From Dehalococcoidia bacterium (GTDB taxonomy: Bacteria; Chloroflexota; Dehalococcoidia; E44-bin15), in contig JACUUT010000002.1 in assembly GCA_014859165.1 (NCBI GenBank), positions 1-40,603 of the forward strand: a DNA stretch of 40,603 bases, in the 5' to 3' direction. The position numbers were made by a program, and so were the translations under genes. The notes beneath the pieces were generated by a model. It saw only the letters and a program-made list of their open reading frames with translations. It ran no database searches and was not told where the DNA came from. Positions 14,971 through 22,986 of the stretch are shown here, one piece after another (position 1 is the stretch's first letter; every line of letters begins with the position of its first letter).

Positions 14971-17900
14971 TCAAAATCCAGGCATCTTCAGCCTTGGGAA
15001 ATCTAGCCCTGAATCCTCCACCAGGGCCACCTTCTCCTCCTCCTCATTTAAGACCTCCACAGCAAGTCCCAAGCTTTGTAGTTCCTTAACCAGCACCTTG
15101 AAGGATTCTGGCACCCCGGGCTCCAAAATATCATCACCCTTAACGATGGACTCATAGGTCTTCGCCCGACCAACCACATCGTCCGACTTAACGGTGAGGA
15201 GTTCCTGAAGGACGTGAGCGGCACCATAGGCCTCCAGGGCCCAAACCTCCATCTCACCGAAGCGTTGCCCACCGAACTGAGCCTTCCCTCCCAGGGGCTG
15301 CTGGGTGATCAGGGCGTAGGGTCCTGTAGAGCGAGCGTGGATCTTATCTTCAACAAGGTGGATCAGCTTCATGATATAGATATAACCGACGGTCACCGGC
15401 CCATCGAAGGGCTCTCCGGTGCGCCCATCGTAGAGGGTGGTCTTCCCCCAGGTGGGAAGGGAAAGGCCTCTCTCCCGGGAAATCCGCTTCGCCTCTGCCT
15501 CCACCTGTTCATCGCTCAAGCCCTCACTTCCCACCCCCATGTCTTCCAACCACAACCTGAGGCAGGCCACTTTCGCTCCCCCCGTATGCTCATTGCCGAA
15601 GATCCGCTCTCCATCATAGCCTCGCTCTTCAAGCCATGCCTTGGCCCGCTCTAGCTGAAAAGGATGTTCTTCCTCAGGGTCAAGGCCAATCGCCCCAGAG
15701 CGCTGGGCAATCCACGCCTGGGAGAGAGCATTCTCAATGTCCTTGGTATCAGCGCCATCGAACACCGGGGACTGCACCTTAAACCCCAGAGTATGTGCCG
15801 CCCAACCAAGGTGGGCCTCCAGCACTTGCCCTAGGTTCATCCTTGAGGGGACACCGATAGGATTGAGAATAAGTTCCACATGCCTGCCATCGGGCAGGAA
15901 GGGCATATCCTCAATGGGCAATATGCGGGAGATGACCCCTTTATTCCCGTGCCGCCCAGCCATCTTGTCCCCCTCACGGATCTTCCTCCGCTGCGCCACC
16001 CAAACCCGCACCATTTTATTAACCCCTGGAGGAAGCTCAGGGTGGGATTCCCGGCAGAACATCTTAACCTCGATAACCTTACCCCACTCCCCATGGGGCA
16101 CCCTTAGCGAGGAGTCCTTTACCTCCCTGGCTTTCTCCCCGAAGATAGCGCGCAGTAGCTTCTCCTCCGCGCTCAGCTCTGTTTCCCCTTTAGGGGTGAT
16201 CTTCCCCACCAGGATGTCCCCAGGCTTCACCTCAGCCCCTATCCGAATAACACCATCTTCATCGAGATTAATGAGGCTCTCTTCGCCAACATTGGGTATA
16301 TCCCTGGTGATCTCCTCCGGCCCTAATTTTGTGTCCCGGGCCTCGATCTCATGCTTCTCGATGTGAATCGAGGTGAACTTCCCCTCCCTAACCAGGCTCT
16401 CGCTGATGACCACTGCATCCTCGAAGTTATAGCCCTCCCAGCTCATGAAGGCGCAGAGGACGTTTTGCCCCAGGGCCAGCTCCCCATGATCCGTAGAGGA
16501 GCTATCGGCCAATGTCTGACCTTGCCTTACCTTTTCACCCTTATCTACCGCGGCACGCTGGTTGATGCAGGTCCCTTGGTTTGAGCGGGCAAATTTTGTC
16601 AAGTGATGGGCATGCTCCCTCCCCTCCTCATCCCGAACCACGATCTTTCTTTCCTCAACCGAGCTCACCTCGCCATCGCTCTCGGAGAGAAGCACCTGTC
16701 CGCTATCACAGGCTGCTTGCCACTCCATACCGGTGCCGATGAGCGGGGACTCAGGCTGAACCAAAGGCACTGCCTGACGCTGCATGTTCGAACCCATGAG
16801 AGCACGGTTGGCATCATTGTGCTCCAGGAAGGGGATCAGGGCGGTGGAAACGCTCACTATCTGCTTCGGCGATACATCCATGAGGTCCACCCTCTCAGGC
16901 AGCTCTTCATAAAACCTGCTTCCTCGCCTTACCTCTATCTTTTCATTGATGAACTGATCCCTCTCGTCAAGTGGCTCATTGGCCTGGGCGATGGCATAGT
17001 GCCCCTCTTCATCGGCAGAGAGATAGACGATATTGTTGACATCCTGGGTGACGAAAGGCACGATCTTTATCGCCCTCTCAGGCAGCTCGGCGAGCCACTG
17101 GGCAATCTCCGGGGTGATCAGGGTGCCTGGCTCCACAGGGGGATGCCCCTCACCATCGAAAACCGCCTCCACCACTGTCCTACCCACGAGATCCGGTGAG
17201 GTATTTGAGAGCTCCCTCATCACCCTTCGGTACGGGGTCTCAATGAACCCATATTCGTTGATCACACTATAGGTGGCGAGCGACCCAATGAGGCCGATGT
17301 TGGGTCCCTCTGGGGTCTCTATGGGGCAGATCCTGCCATAGTGTGAATGATGAACATCTCGCACCTCAAAGCCGGCACGCTCCCGCGACAGGCCCCCCGG
17401 CCCCAAGGCGGAGACACGTCGCTTATGAGTGAGTTCCGCCAGGGGGTTGGTTTGATCCATAAACTGGGAGAGTTGGGAGGCACCAAAGAACTCCCTCATC
17501 GCGGCCACCACAGGTCGAACGTTGATCAGGGCGCTGGGGGTCACCGATTCCGGGTCGATAATGCTCATCCGCTCTCTGATCACCCGCTCCATGCGCAGTA
17601 GCCCAATGCGGAACTGATTTTGGATCAACTCCCCCACTGTCCTCACTCGCCGATTCCCCAGATGGTCGATGTCATCGGGGGAATCGGCCCCATTGTTCAC
17701 CATAATGATGTGCCGCACGATCTCAACTAGGTCTTCCTTGGTCAGCACCCACTGGCTCAAGGGCAACTGGAGTCCCAACCTTTTGTTTAGCCTGTAGCGA
17801 CCAACTTTGCCCAGATTATAGCGGCGGGGGTTGAATAGGAGATTATTTATCAAGCTTCGAGCGTTTTCTATAGTGGGTGGATCACCCGGTCTCAAGCGCC

Positions 17901-18657
17901 GGTAAAACTCAATCAAAGCTTCGCCCTCGCTCTTCACTAAGGGATCGCGTTCCATGGTTTGCTGGATAAAAGGATGCTCTATGGAGGTATCGACGGCGGC
18001 GAAGATCTTCTCCAGTCCCTTGTCGCTGCCATAGCCGATGGCGCGGAGGAGGGTGGTAATGGGAACCTTCCGTTTACCATTGACCTTTACCGAAATTACA
18101 TCCTTGCTACTGGTCTCGAACTCAAGCCATGCCCCCCGCTGCGGGATAAGCTTGGCAAAGCAGAGCCGCCGCCCGCTGGCCATGTCCTCCTCCAGGGTAA
18201 AATAAACCCCTGGCGAGCGAATGAGCTGGCTTACCACTACCCTTTCCGCCCCGTTAATGACAAAGGTTCCCCGAGGCGTCATGAGGGGGAAATCGCCCAT
18301 GAAGATATCCTGCTCCTTGATTTCCCCGGTCTCCTTGACCACCAGCCTAGCCTTGACATACAGAGGAGCAGCATGGGTAATATCGCGCTCGCGGCATTCC
18401 CGCTCCGAGTATTTAGGTGGGTATTTCTCGCTCAGTGGATAAATATGGTAATCCAGGAAGTGAAGCTCAAACCTCGTCCCAGTAAAGTCCTGGATCGGTG
18501 AGGTCTCGTGGAACAGCTCCTTTAGGCCCTCCTCTAGAAACCAGCGGAAGGAGTTTAGCTGAATCTGGATTAAATGAGGTGCCTCCAAGACCTGGGCGAT
18601 CTTAGCGTAGGATTTGCGGGGAGCTGCTTTTTGTTTCATTGGAAAGGTAGCGATCAT
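14971..18657 (-). CDS. rpoB: DNA-directed RNA polymerase subunit beta
   Basis: 1228 aa with typical beta-subunit motifs ([23 protein letters not shown]). Lies 12 nt upstream of rpoC. Confidence 0.97.
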   Translation of the reverse strand: MIATFPMKQKAAPRKSYAKIAQVLEAPHLIQIQLNSFRWFLEEGLKELFHETSPIQDFTGTRFELHFLDYHIYPLSEKYPPKYSERECRERDITHAAPLYVKARLVVKETGEIKEQDIFMGDFPLMTPRGTFVINGAERVVVSQLIRSPGVYFTLEEDMASGRRLCFAKLIPQRGAWLEFETSSKDVISVKVNGKRKVPITTLLRAIGYGSDKGLEKIFAAVDTSIEHPFIQQTMERDPLVKSEGEALIEFYRRLRPGDPPTIENARSLINNLLFNPRRYNLGKVGRYRLNKRLGLQLPLSQWVLTKEDLVEIVRHIIMVNNGADSPDDIDHLGNRRVRTVGELIQNQFRIGLLRMERVIRERMSIIDPESVTPSALINVRPVVAAMREFFGASQLSQFMDQTNPLAELTHKRRVSALGPGGLSRERAGFEVRDVHHSHYGRICPIETPEGPNIGLIGSLATYSVINEYGFIETPYRRVMRELSNTSPDLVGRTVVEAVFDGEGHPPVEPGTLITPEIAQWLAELPERAIKIVPFVTQDVNNIVYLSADEEGHYAIAQANEPLDERDQFINEKIEVRRGSRFYEELPERVDLMDVSPKQIVSVSTALIPFLEHNDANRALMGSNMQRQAVPLVQPESPLIGTGMEWQAACDSGQVLLSESDGEVSSVEERKIVVRDEEGREHAHHLTKFARSNQGTCINQRAAVDKGEKVRQGQTLADSSSTDHGELALGQNVLCAFMSWEGYNFEDAVVISESLVREGKFTSIHIEKHEIEARDTKLGPEEITRDIPNVGEESLINLDEDGVIRIGAEVKPGDILVGKITPKGETELSAEEKLLRAIFGEKAREVKDSSLRVPHGEWGKVIEVKMFCRESHPELPPGVNKMVRVWVAQRRKIREGDKMAGRHGNKGVISRILPIEDMPFLPDGRHVELILNPIGVPSRMNLGQVLEAHLGWAAHTLGFKVQSPVFDGADTKDIENALSQAWIAQRSGAIGLDPEEEHPFQLERAKAWLEERGYDGERIFGNEHTGGAKVACLRLWLEDMGVGSEGLSDEQVEAEAKRISRERGLSLPTWGKTTLYDGRTGEPFDGPVTVGYIYIMKLIHLVEDKIHARSTGPYALITQQPLGGKAQFGGQRFGEMEVWALEAYGAAHVLQELLTVKSDDVVGRAKTYESIVKGDDILEPGVPESFKVLVKELQSLGLAVEVLNEEEEKVALVEDSGLDFPRLKMPGF

Positions 18658-18767
18658 ACTAAATCTCCTGGAAAAGAGACAATAGTTCTCATATTACATG
18701 TTCTGGGCAAAAACTAAAGGTGTTGAGGGATTGAGAGAGAAATCGGGGTTTCCATTGACAAATTAAT

Positions 18768-18797
18768 AACATACCACAAAATGTCGAATTTTGTCAA
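18768..18797 (-). promoter_or_regulatory. candidate rpoBC promoter
   Basis: Minus strand TTGACA (18797-18792), 18-nt spacer, TGgTATGTT extended -10 (hexamer 18773-18768). About 110 nt upstream of the rpoB start. Confidence 0.35.
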
Positions 18798-19077
18798 TAT
18801 ACTTCAGGCATCCCAAAATCAGCAATTGGGGCTTTGTGAGCTGAAAAATTGGCCTGCAGCACTAAATCCCTCGCTTTTCCTACTTTTCCCTCGCTCTTTC
18901 GTTGTAGGAACGACCTCAGGAGGCTATCAAAATACCTGGCATTGCACGCTTCGGGGTATTCATCACATCAATTTCTGGTCTTAGGGTCATACTTATCCTT
19001 TCCCTTTAAGGGCTAATAAGTTAAATGCTTTTATTTCATCCCCCCTGCGCAAAAATTGACGAAGCAAGCGCTCCCCC

Positions 19078-19106
19078 TTTACAAAGGCGGATTTTAGGGC
19101 TAAAAT
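19078..19106 (+). promoter_or_regulatory. candidate promoter of the tRNA array
   Basis: TTTACA (19078-19083), 17-nt spacer, TAAAAT (19101-19106), 12 nt upstream of tRNA-Val. Confidence 0.45.
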
Positions 19107-19118
19107 GGATACGATTTT

Positions 19119-19191
19119 GGGCGGTTAGCTCAGTGGTTAGAGCGCTTGCTTCACACGCAAGAGGTCACTGGTTCAAGTCCAGTACCGCCCA
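19119..19191 (+). tRNA. tRNA-Val (anticodon CAC)
   Basis: Acceptor GGGCGGT/ACCGCCC, anticodon stem CTTGC/GCAAG, loop TT-CAC-AC. Confidence 0.9.
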
Positions 19192-19214
19192 TTTTTGTCC
19201 TGTGTGGTGAAAAA

Positions 19215-19297
19215 GCCGAAGTGGCGGAATGGCAGACGCGCTACGTTCAGGGCGTAGTGTCCTTTAGGACGTGAGGGTTCAAATCCCTCCTTCGGCA
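19215..19297 (+). tRNA. tRNA-Leu (anticodon CAG)
   Basis: Acceptor GCCGAAG/CTTCGGC, long variable arm, anticodon loop TT-CAG-GG. Confidence 0.9.
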
Positions 19298-19385
19298 GTT
19301 CCCAAGTGAGAAAGGCTAACCATTAAGAGAAGGAAAGTTAAACGAATTCTATCGTTGCTTTAAGGATAGCCTTAAGGTCGGAAAA

Positions 19386-19462
19386 GCGCTTGTAGCTCAG
19401 TTGGACAGAGCGTAGCCCTGCGGAGGCTGAGGTCGCGGGTTCGAGCCCCGCCAAGCGCGCCA
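19386..19462 (+). tRNA. tRNA-Arg (anticodon GCG as read), CCA encoded
   Basis: Acceptor GCGCTTG/CAAGCGC, anticodon stem TAGCC/GGCTG, loop CT-GCG-GA, T-loop TTCGAGC. Confidence 0.85.
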
Positions 19463-19463
19463 T

Positions 19464-19536
19464 GGGCGATTAGCTCAGTGGGCAGAGCGTCTGCTTTACA
19501 CGCAGAAGGTCAGAGGTTCAAGCCCTCTATCGCCCA
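19464..19536 (+). tRNA. tRNA-Val (anticodon TAC)
   Basis: Acceptor GGGCGAT/ATCGCCC, anticodon stem TCTGC/GCAGA, loop TT-TAC-AC. Starts 1 nt after tRNA-Arg. Confidence 0.9.
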
Positions 19537-21191
19537 CGAGTTCCTTTGAGGTTTGACTGCCAAAGCCTCAGCAGTTCGAGAAAGGGGCTGTAGCTCAGTT
19601 GGGAGAGCGCCTCCTTTGCACGGAGGAGGTCAGGGGTTCGAGTCCCCTCAGCTCCACCAGGGGTGTCAATAGACAGAACTGGCAACTTCTCTTCAGTCAT
19701 TCCCCCAGGTAGCATAGGTATCGTATAGGTTAATAATACTTCATCTCCGGTTACTTTCACTTCTTTTACGAAGCTTCTAACAAATGATTTCCTCTCGGCA
19801 AGGGAACTCTCGCTCAGCGTATTACGCAGGTCAACCACACATTGAGCTACAGTTTCTGCATCTGCCAGCTCCACACGCCTGTCAGAAAGCTCCTGCTCCA
19901 ATTCCAGTCGTGTTGCCTGCAATTGCTCCTGCCGCTGCCTCAATTGCTGAATCCGTGGCGCCAAATCGGCGAGTTGTATTTTCCCGGTTTCAAGAGCATC
20001 ATATAACCTCTCCAATCGACGGCTCACATCGGCGATATCATCAAGGATGCTGTCCAAACGTTGACGATACTCTATTGCCAGACCATCCATTTCCTCATTT
20101 ACTATATGAACTAGTCTGGTAAGATTCTCAGTAGTTAAGACATGCTCTTTTATCTTATCGATAACCAAGTTCTCAAACTTTTGGCTGTTAAGATAACGGG
20201 TTGGACATGAGCCTGCCCCTTTCTTCGCTAAGGTTCCACACACGTAATAGCTAAATTGTCCGCTCTTAACGTCTAAACCAATAAGAGCCTTGCCACAATG
20301 CCCACACCTGGCCACCCCACTCAGTAAATAGCGACTTGCTACCCGCCTGGGATGAAGGCTGACAGGAGCCCGGTCTTTAAGCAGAATCTGAACCCGGTCA
20401 AAGGTAATTCTGTCAAGAATAGCTGGCCAGGCATTCTCTACCCGAATAGGAGGCAGGTCACGCAAGCTAGATCGACCCCAGACCAGAGTGCCGGTATAAC
20501 ATTCGTTGGTCAGTATCTTACGGATTGTAGTCTTCATCCAGCCCTTGCCTCTGGGACCAGCAATTCCCTCCCTGTTTAGCTGTTTGGCAACCTCCATTAA
20601 ACCCTTCCCTTCAAGCACATGGTTATATATGCAAGCTACGGTTCTAGCCTGATTCGGCTCAACTTCAAGCTTGGGACGATCTTTACTGCCATCGTTGGTC
20701 TTAACCTTGCGATATCCGAAAGGAGCCTGGGCTGAAATATAAAAGCCGCGGGAGGCGCTTTCCCGCATCCCCTTGGTTACCTCTTCCCCGAGATTAGCCG
20801 AGTAAAACTCATCCAAGCTTTCAATCATGGCCTCAAGCAGTTTTCCTGTAGGCGTATCCTCTGCAGGCTCACTTATAGATATCACCCGGATTCCGTTCTT
20901 TCTAAGCATAGTTTTGAAGACTATTGAGTCCTCACGACTGCGGGCGAAGCGTGAATACTTCCAGACCAGAATGAGATCAAACGGCTTCTGAGAGCGACGT
21001 GCGGCTGAGATCATCTCCCGGAAAGCTGGCCGTGCTGTTGTTTTTCCGCTCTCCGCTTCATCTACGAATTCCTTGACTACTTCGTACCCGTTTCTGCCCG
21101 CATATTCTTTCAGTGACTTAAGCTGCGCTGAAATGGAAAGGTCAACATCCTGTTTTTCTGAAGAAACCCTAGCGTAAAGAGCTACTTTCAT
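19527..21191 (-). CDS. large serine recombinase (resolvase N-domain, recombinase domain, zinc ribbon, coiled coil)
   Basis: VALYARVSSEKQ catalytic-Ser motif, a later CGHCGKAL...YYVC zinc-ribbon motif and a long coiled coil. GGAGGAG SD. The last 44 codons are antisense to tRNA-Ala and tRNA-Val. Confidence 0.9.
   Translation of the reverse strand: MKVALYARVSSEKQDVDLSISAQLKSLKEYAGRNGYEVVKEFVDEAESGKTTARPAFREMISAARRSQKPFDLILVWKYSRFARSREDSIVFKTMLRKNGIRVISISEPAEDTPTGKLLEAMIESLDEFYSANLGEEVTKGMRESASRGFYISAQAPFGYRKVKTNDGSKDRPKLEVEPNQARTVACIYNHVLEGKGLMEVAKQLNREGIAGPRGKGWMKTTIRKILTNECYTGTLVWGRSSLRDLPPIRVENAWPAILDRITFDRVQILLKDRAPVSLHPRRVASRYLLSGVARCGHCGKALIGLDVKSGQFSYYVCGTLAKKGAGSCPTRYLNSQKFENLVIDKIKEHVLTTENLTRLVHIVNEEMDGLAIEYRQRLDSILDDIADVSRRLERLYDALETGKIQLADLAPRIQQLRQRQEQLQATRLELEQELSDRRVELADAETVAQCVVDLRNTLSESSLAERKSFVRSFVKEVKVTGDEVLLTYTIPMLPGGMTEEKLPVLSIDTPGGAEGTRTPDLLRAKEALSQLSYSPFLELLRLWQSNLKGTRGR
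19584..19659 (+). tRNA. tRNA-Ala (anticodon TGC), CCA encoded
   Basis: Acceptor GGGGCTG/CAGCTCC with the G3:U70 identity pair, anticodon loop TT-TGC-AC. Confidence 0.92.
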
Positions 21192-21222
21192 TGTACTCCT
21201 CCTCTAATAAATCTAGCCTTGT

Positions 21223-22059
21223 TCATAGGGGACAGTACTTGCAGCGACCTGGTACTATCCGCCTGAGTCTTATCACCGCCAGTTCCTCTCTGAGCTTGCG
21301 ACCCAGTCGCCCAATCTCAGCGACTGTTTTTTCTAAATCATGATATGCTTCCCAATCTCTTAGGCTGGATTCCAGGTCATCCAGAACATCCCGCACTACT
21401 TCTTTATACCTCTCGGCATGCTCCGTATCCATTTTACCCATCTGCGAGAAGCCGTAACGAAGATTCACAAACCCCTCTCCGGCAGGCTCAGTGACCAAGT
21501 TATCTTTGAGATTAAGCCCTTTGTACCCCTGGGACCACTGCTTTGCCTGAAAAGCAAGAACACCAATAATGCCAGGGACAACCATATCCATGCCGGCAGC
21601 GACCAGAGTAGTTAACCTGCGATCTGCTTTCGCTTGTTGTTCAATCAATTTTTCCAGTTCCTGTTGCCGTTCGTCCTTTTCTTGGTGGAGGTTATGCCAC
21701 TTCGACATGTAGCTCCATATCGGCGACCGGGGTAGATGCTGTCGCAATGCAGCTCCCATAAGGTCGTAATCTAGTGATGGCGGAACATTGCTCAGTCCTG
21801 ATATCTCCGAATTCAGCATCTCAGCGTAACTGCGTAGATCATCATAGTGGTGCTCCAGCGCATTACGCAGCACAAGCAATCTCGCCTCGCGCACCTCTCG
21901 CTCTTGTTTGGCTATCTCGATCTGCTTGCGAACTGTGCGGACGTCATATCTGTCATTAGCTGCAATTTGAGGGGGAGACTCACCATTCTCCTCGTTAAGG
22001 CGCAGCCATTCCCGGCGCAATTCAGGCTTAATTGGTGGCTTCCTAGTTCTCTTTGCCAT
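21223..22059 (-). CDS. hypothetical HTH/coiled-coil protein co-transcribed with the LSR
   Basis: 278 aa. The N-terminus (ELRREWLRLNEENGESPPQIAANDRYDVRTVRKQI) looks like a small HTH. The middle is charged and helical, and the C-terminus ends CKYCPL. AGGAGGG SD. I recognise no family. Confidence 0.6.
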   Translation of the reverse strand: MAKRTRKPPIKPELRREWLRLNEENGESPPQIAANDRYDVRTVRKQIEIAKQEREVREARLLVLRNALEHHYDDLRSYAEMLNSEISGLSNVPPSLDYDLMGAALRQHLPRSPIWSYMSKWHNLHQEKDERQQELEKLIEQQAKADRRLTTLVAAGMDMVVPGIIGVLAFQAKQWSQGYKGLNLKDNLVTEPAGEGFVNLRYGFSQMGKMDTEHAERYKEVVRDVLDDLESSLRDWEAYHDLEKTVAEIGRLGRKLREELAVIRLRRIVPGRCKYCPL

Positions 22060-22098
22060 ATGCCCTCCTATTAGCTATAAATTGGTATTTATGAGCAA

Positions 22099-22127
22099 AT
22101 TATAACACAGCTAATTCATGATGTCAA
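22099..22127 (-). promoter_or_regulatory. perfect consensus sigma70 promoter for the 278-aa/LSR operon
   Basis: Minus strand TTGACA (22127-22122), 17-nt spacer, TATAAT (22104-22099) with an upstream TG. About 33 nt of 5' UTR before ATG 22059. Confidence 0.7.
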
Positions 22128-22204
22128 GTGCTTATGTGAGTATAATTATATGTATTTTTAATGTCTTAATGATGTTGGCAACAGCATAGTTTCTCGTATA
22201 TAGT

Positions 22205-22402
22205 ATGTTTGTTATGAATTCTAAACCTATTGTAAATCATTTAGAATTGCCGAGTCAAGACGAGAGTGAAATAAGCCGCGCGGATGACGGGTTGCGGCTT
22301 TTGGGCAGGATAATTGCTCGTAACCTCTTAGCTAGACGTTCGGTTCACACCAATAAGAATGATACTAAGGAGAATAATCCACAAACACTGGCGGACAGTT
22401 GA
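22205..22402 (+). CDS. small hypothetical ORF (65 aa)
   Basis: Only an ORF with a TGATG overlap with the downstream recombinase fragment. No recognisable motif. Confidence 0.3.
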   Translation: MFVMNSKPIVNHLELPSQDESEISRADDGLRLLGRIIARNLLARRSVHTNKNDTKENNPQTLADS

Positions 22403-22986
22403 TGAAGACCTATCTTGAAACAGAAGAGATCAATCTAATGGGAGATGCAGCCACCAATCTCAGGGATCGGCTTCTCATTCATATGCTATTTCGATTGAGC
22501 TGTCGTATTAGCGAGGCTCTGGCACTAAAGGTTGAGGATATAGATTTTACACAGGGTACAATTATCATCCAACATCTCAAAGCCCGTCTCAAGCTGTCAT
22601 GCTCCGAGTGCGGGCAAAGACTCGGCAGAAGTCATCCCTTTTGTCCTAAGTGCGGAACTAAAGTGACGAATGCTCAAACCGAGCAGCAGGAACACCACCG
22701 CCAGAGGGTGCTACCCGCTGATAGTGAGACTTTACGCATGCTCAAAGACTATATCCGCCGTGGCGGTCCGGTTCTTCGAGATGGGAAGAGGCTGATTTTT
22801 GGTATTAATAGGCATAGGGCTTGGCAAATCGTCAAAGAATGTGCCGAAAAAGCAGGTTTGCCCCGGCTTCCCAATCCGGAGACGGGCAAGGTGCACAACG
22901 TCAGTCCTGCCCGGCTCCGTGATGCTCGACCGGCTGATGTTCATTTATTTCATCCAGAAGAAAGGCTTTTTGGATGGAGACATTGA
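22402..22986 (+). pseudogene. tyrosine recombinase catalytic-domain fragment with an inserted zinc ribbon, 3'-truncated
   Basis: RDRLLIHMLFRLSCRISEALALKVEDIDF (Arg-I box) and ...VSPARLRDA (box II region). The frame then degenerates with no catalytic Tyr region. CSEC...CPKC insert at 22600-22653. Confidence 0.6.

Noticed and set aside
19025-19210. 61-aa plus-strand ORF
   Set aside because: It reads through the tRNA promoter and tRNA-Val(CAC), so it is an artefact.
22175-22202. Possible plus-strand promoter TTGGCA-16-TATATA for the 65-aa ORF and recombinase fragment
   Set aside because: The -10 element ends only 3 nt before ATG 22205, so the geometry does not fit that start. It sits in AT-rich DNA where such matches are expected by chance.
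22799-22921. First 41 codons of the 883-aa methyltransferase ORF
   Set aside because: This stretch overlaps the recombinase-fragment frame and has no methyltransferase-like sequence. Family similarity begins at M42 (22922).
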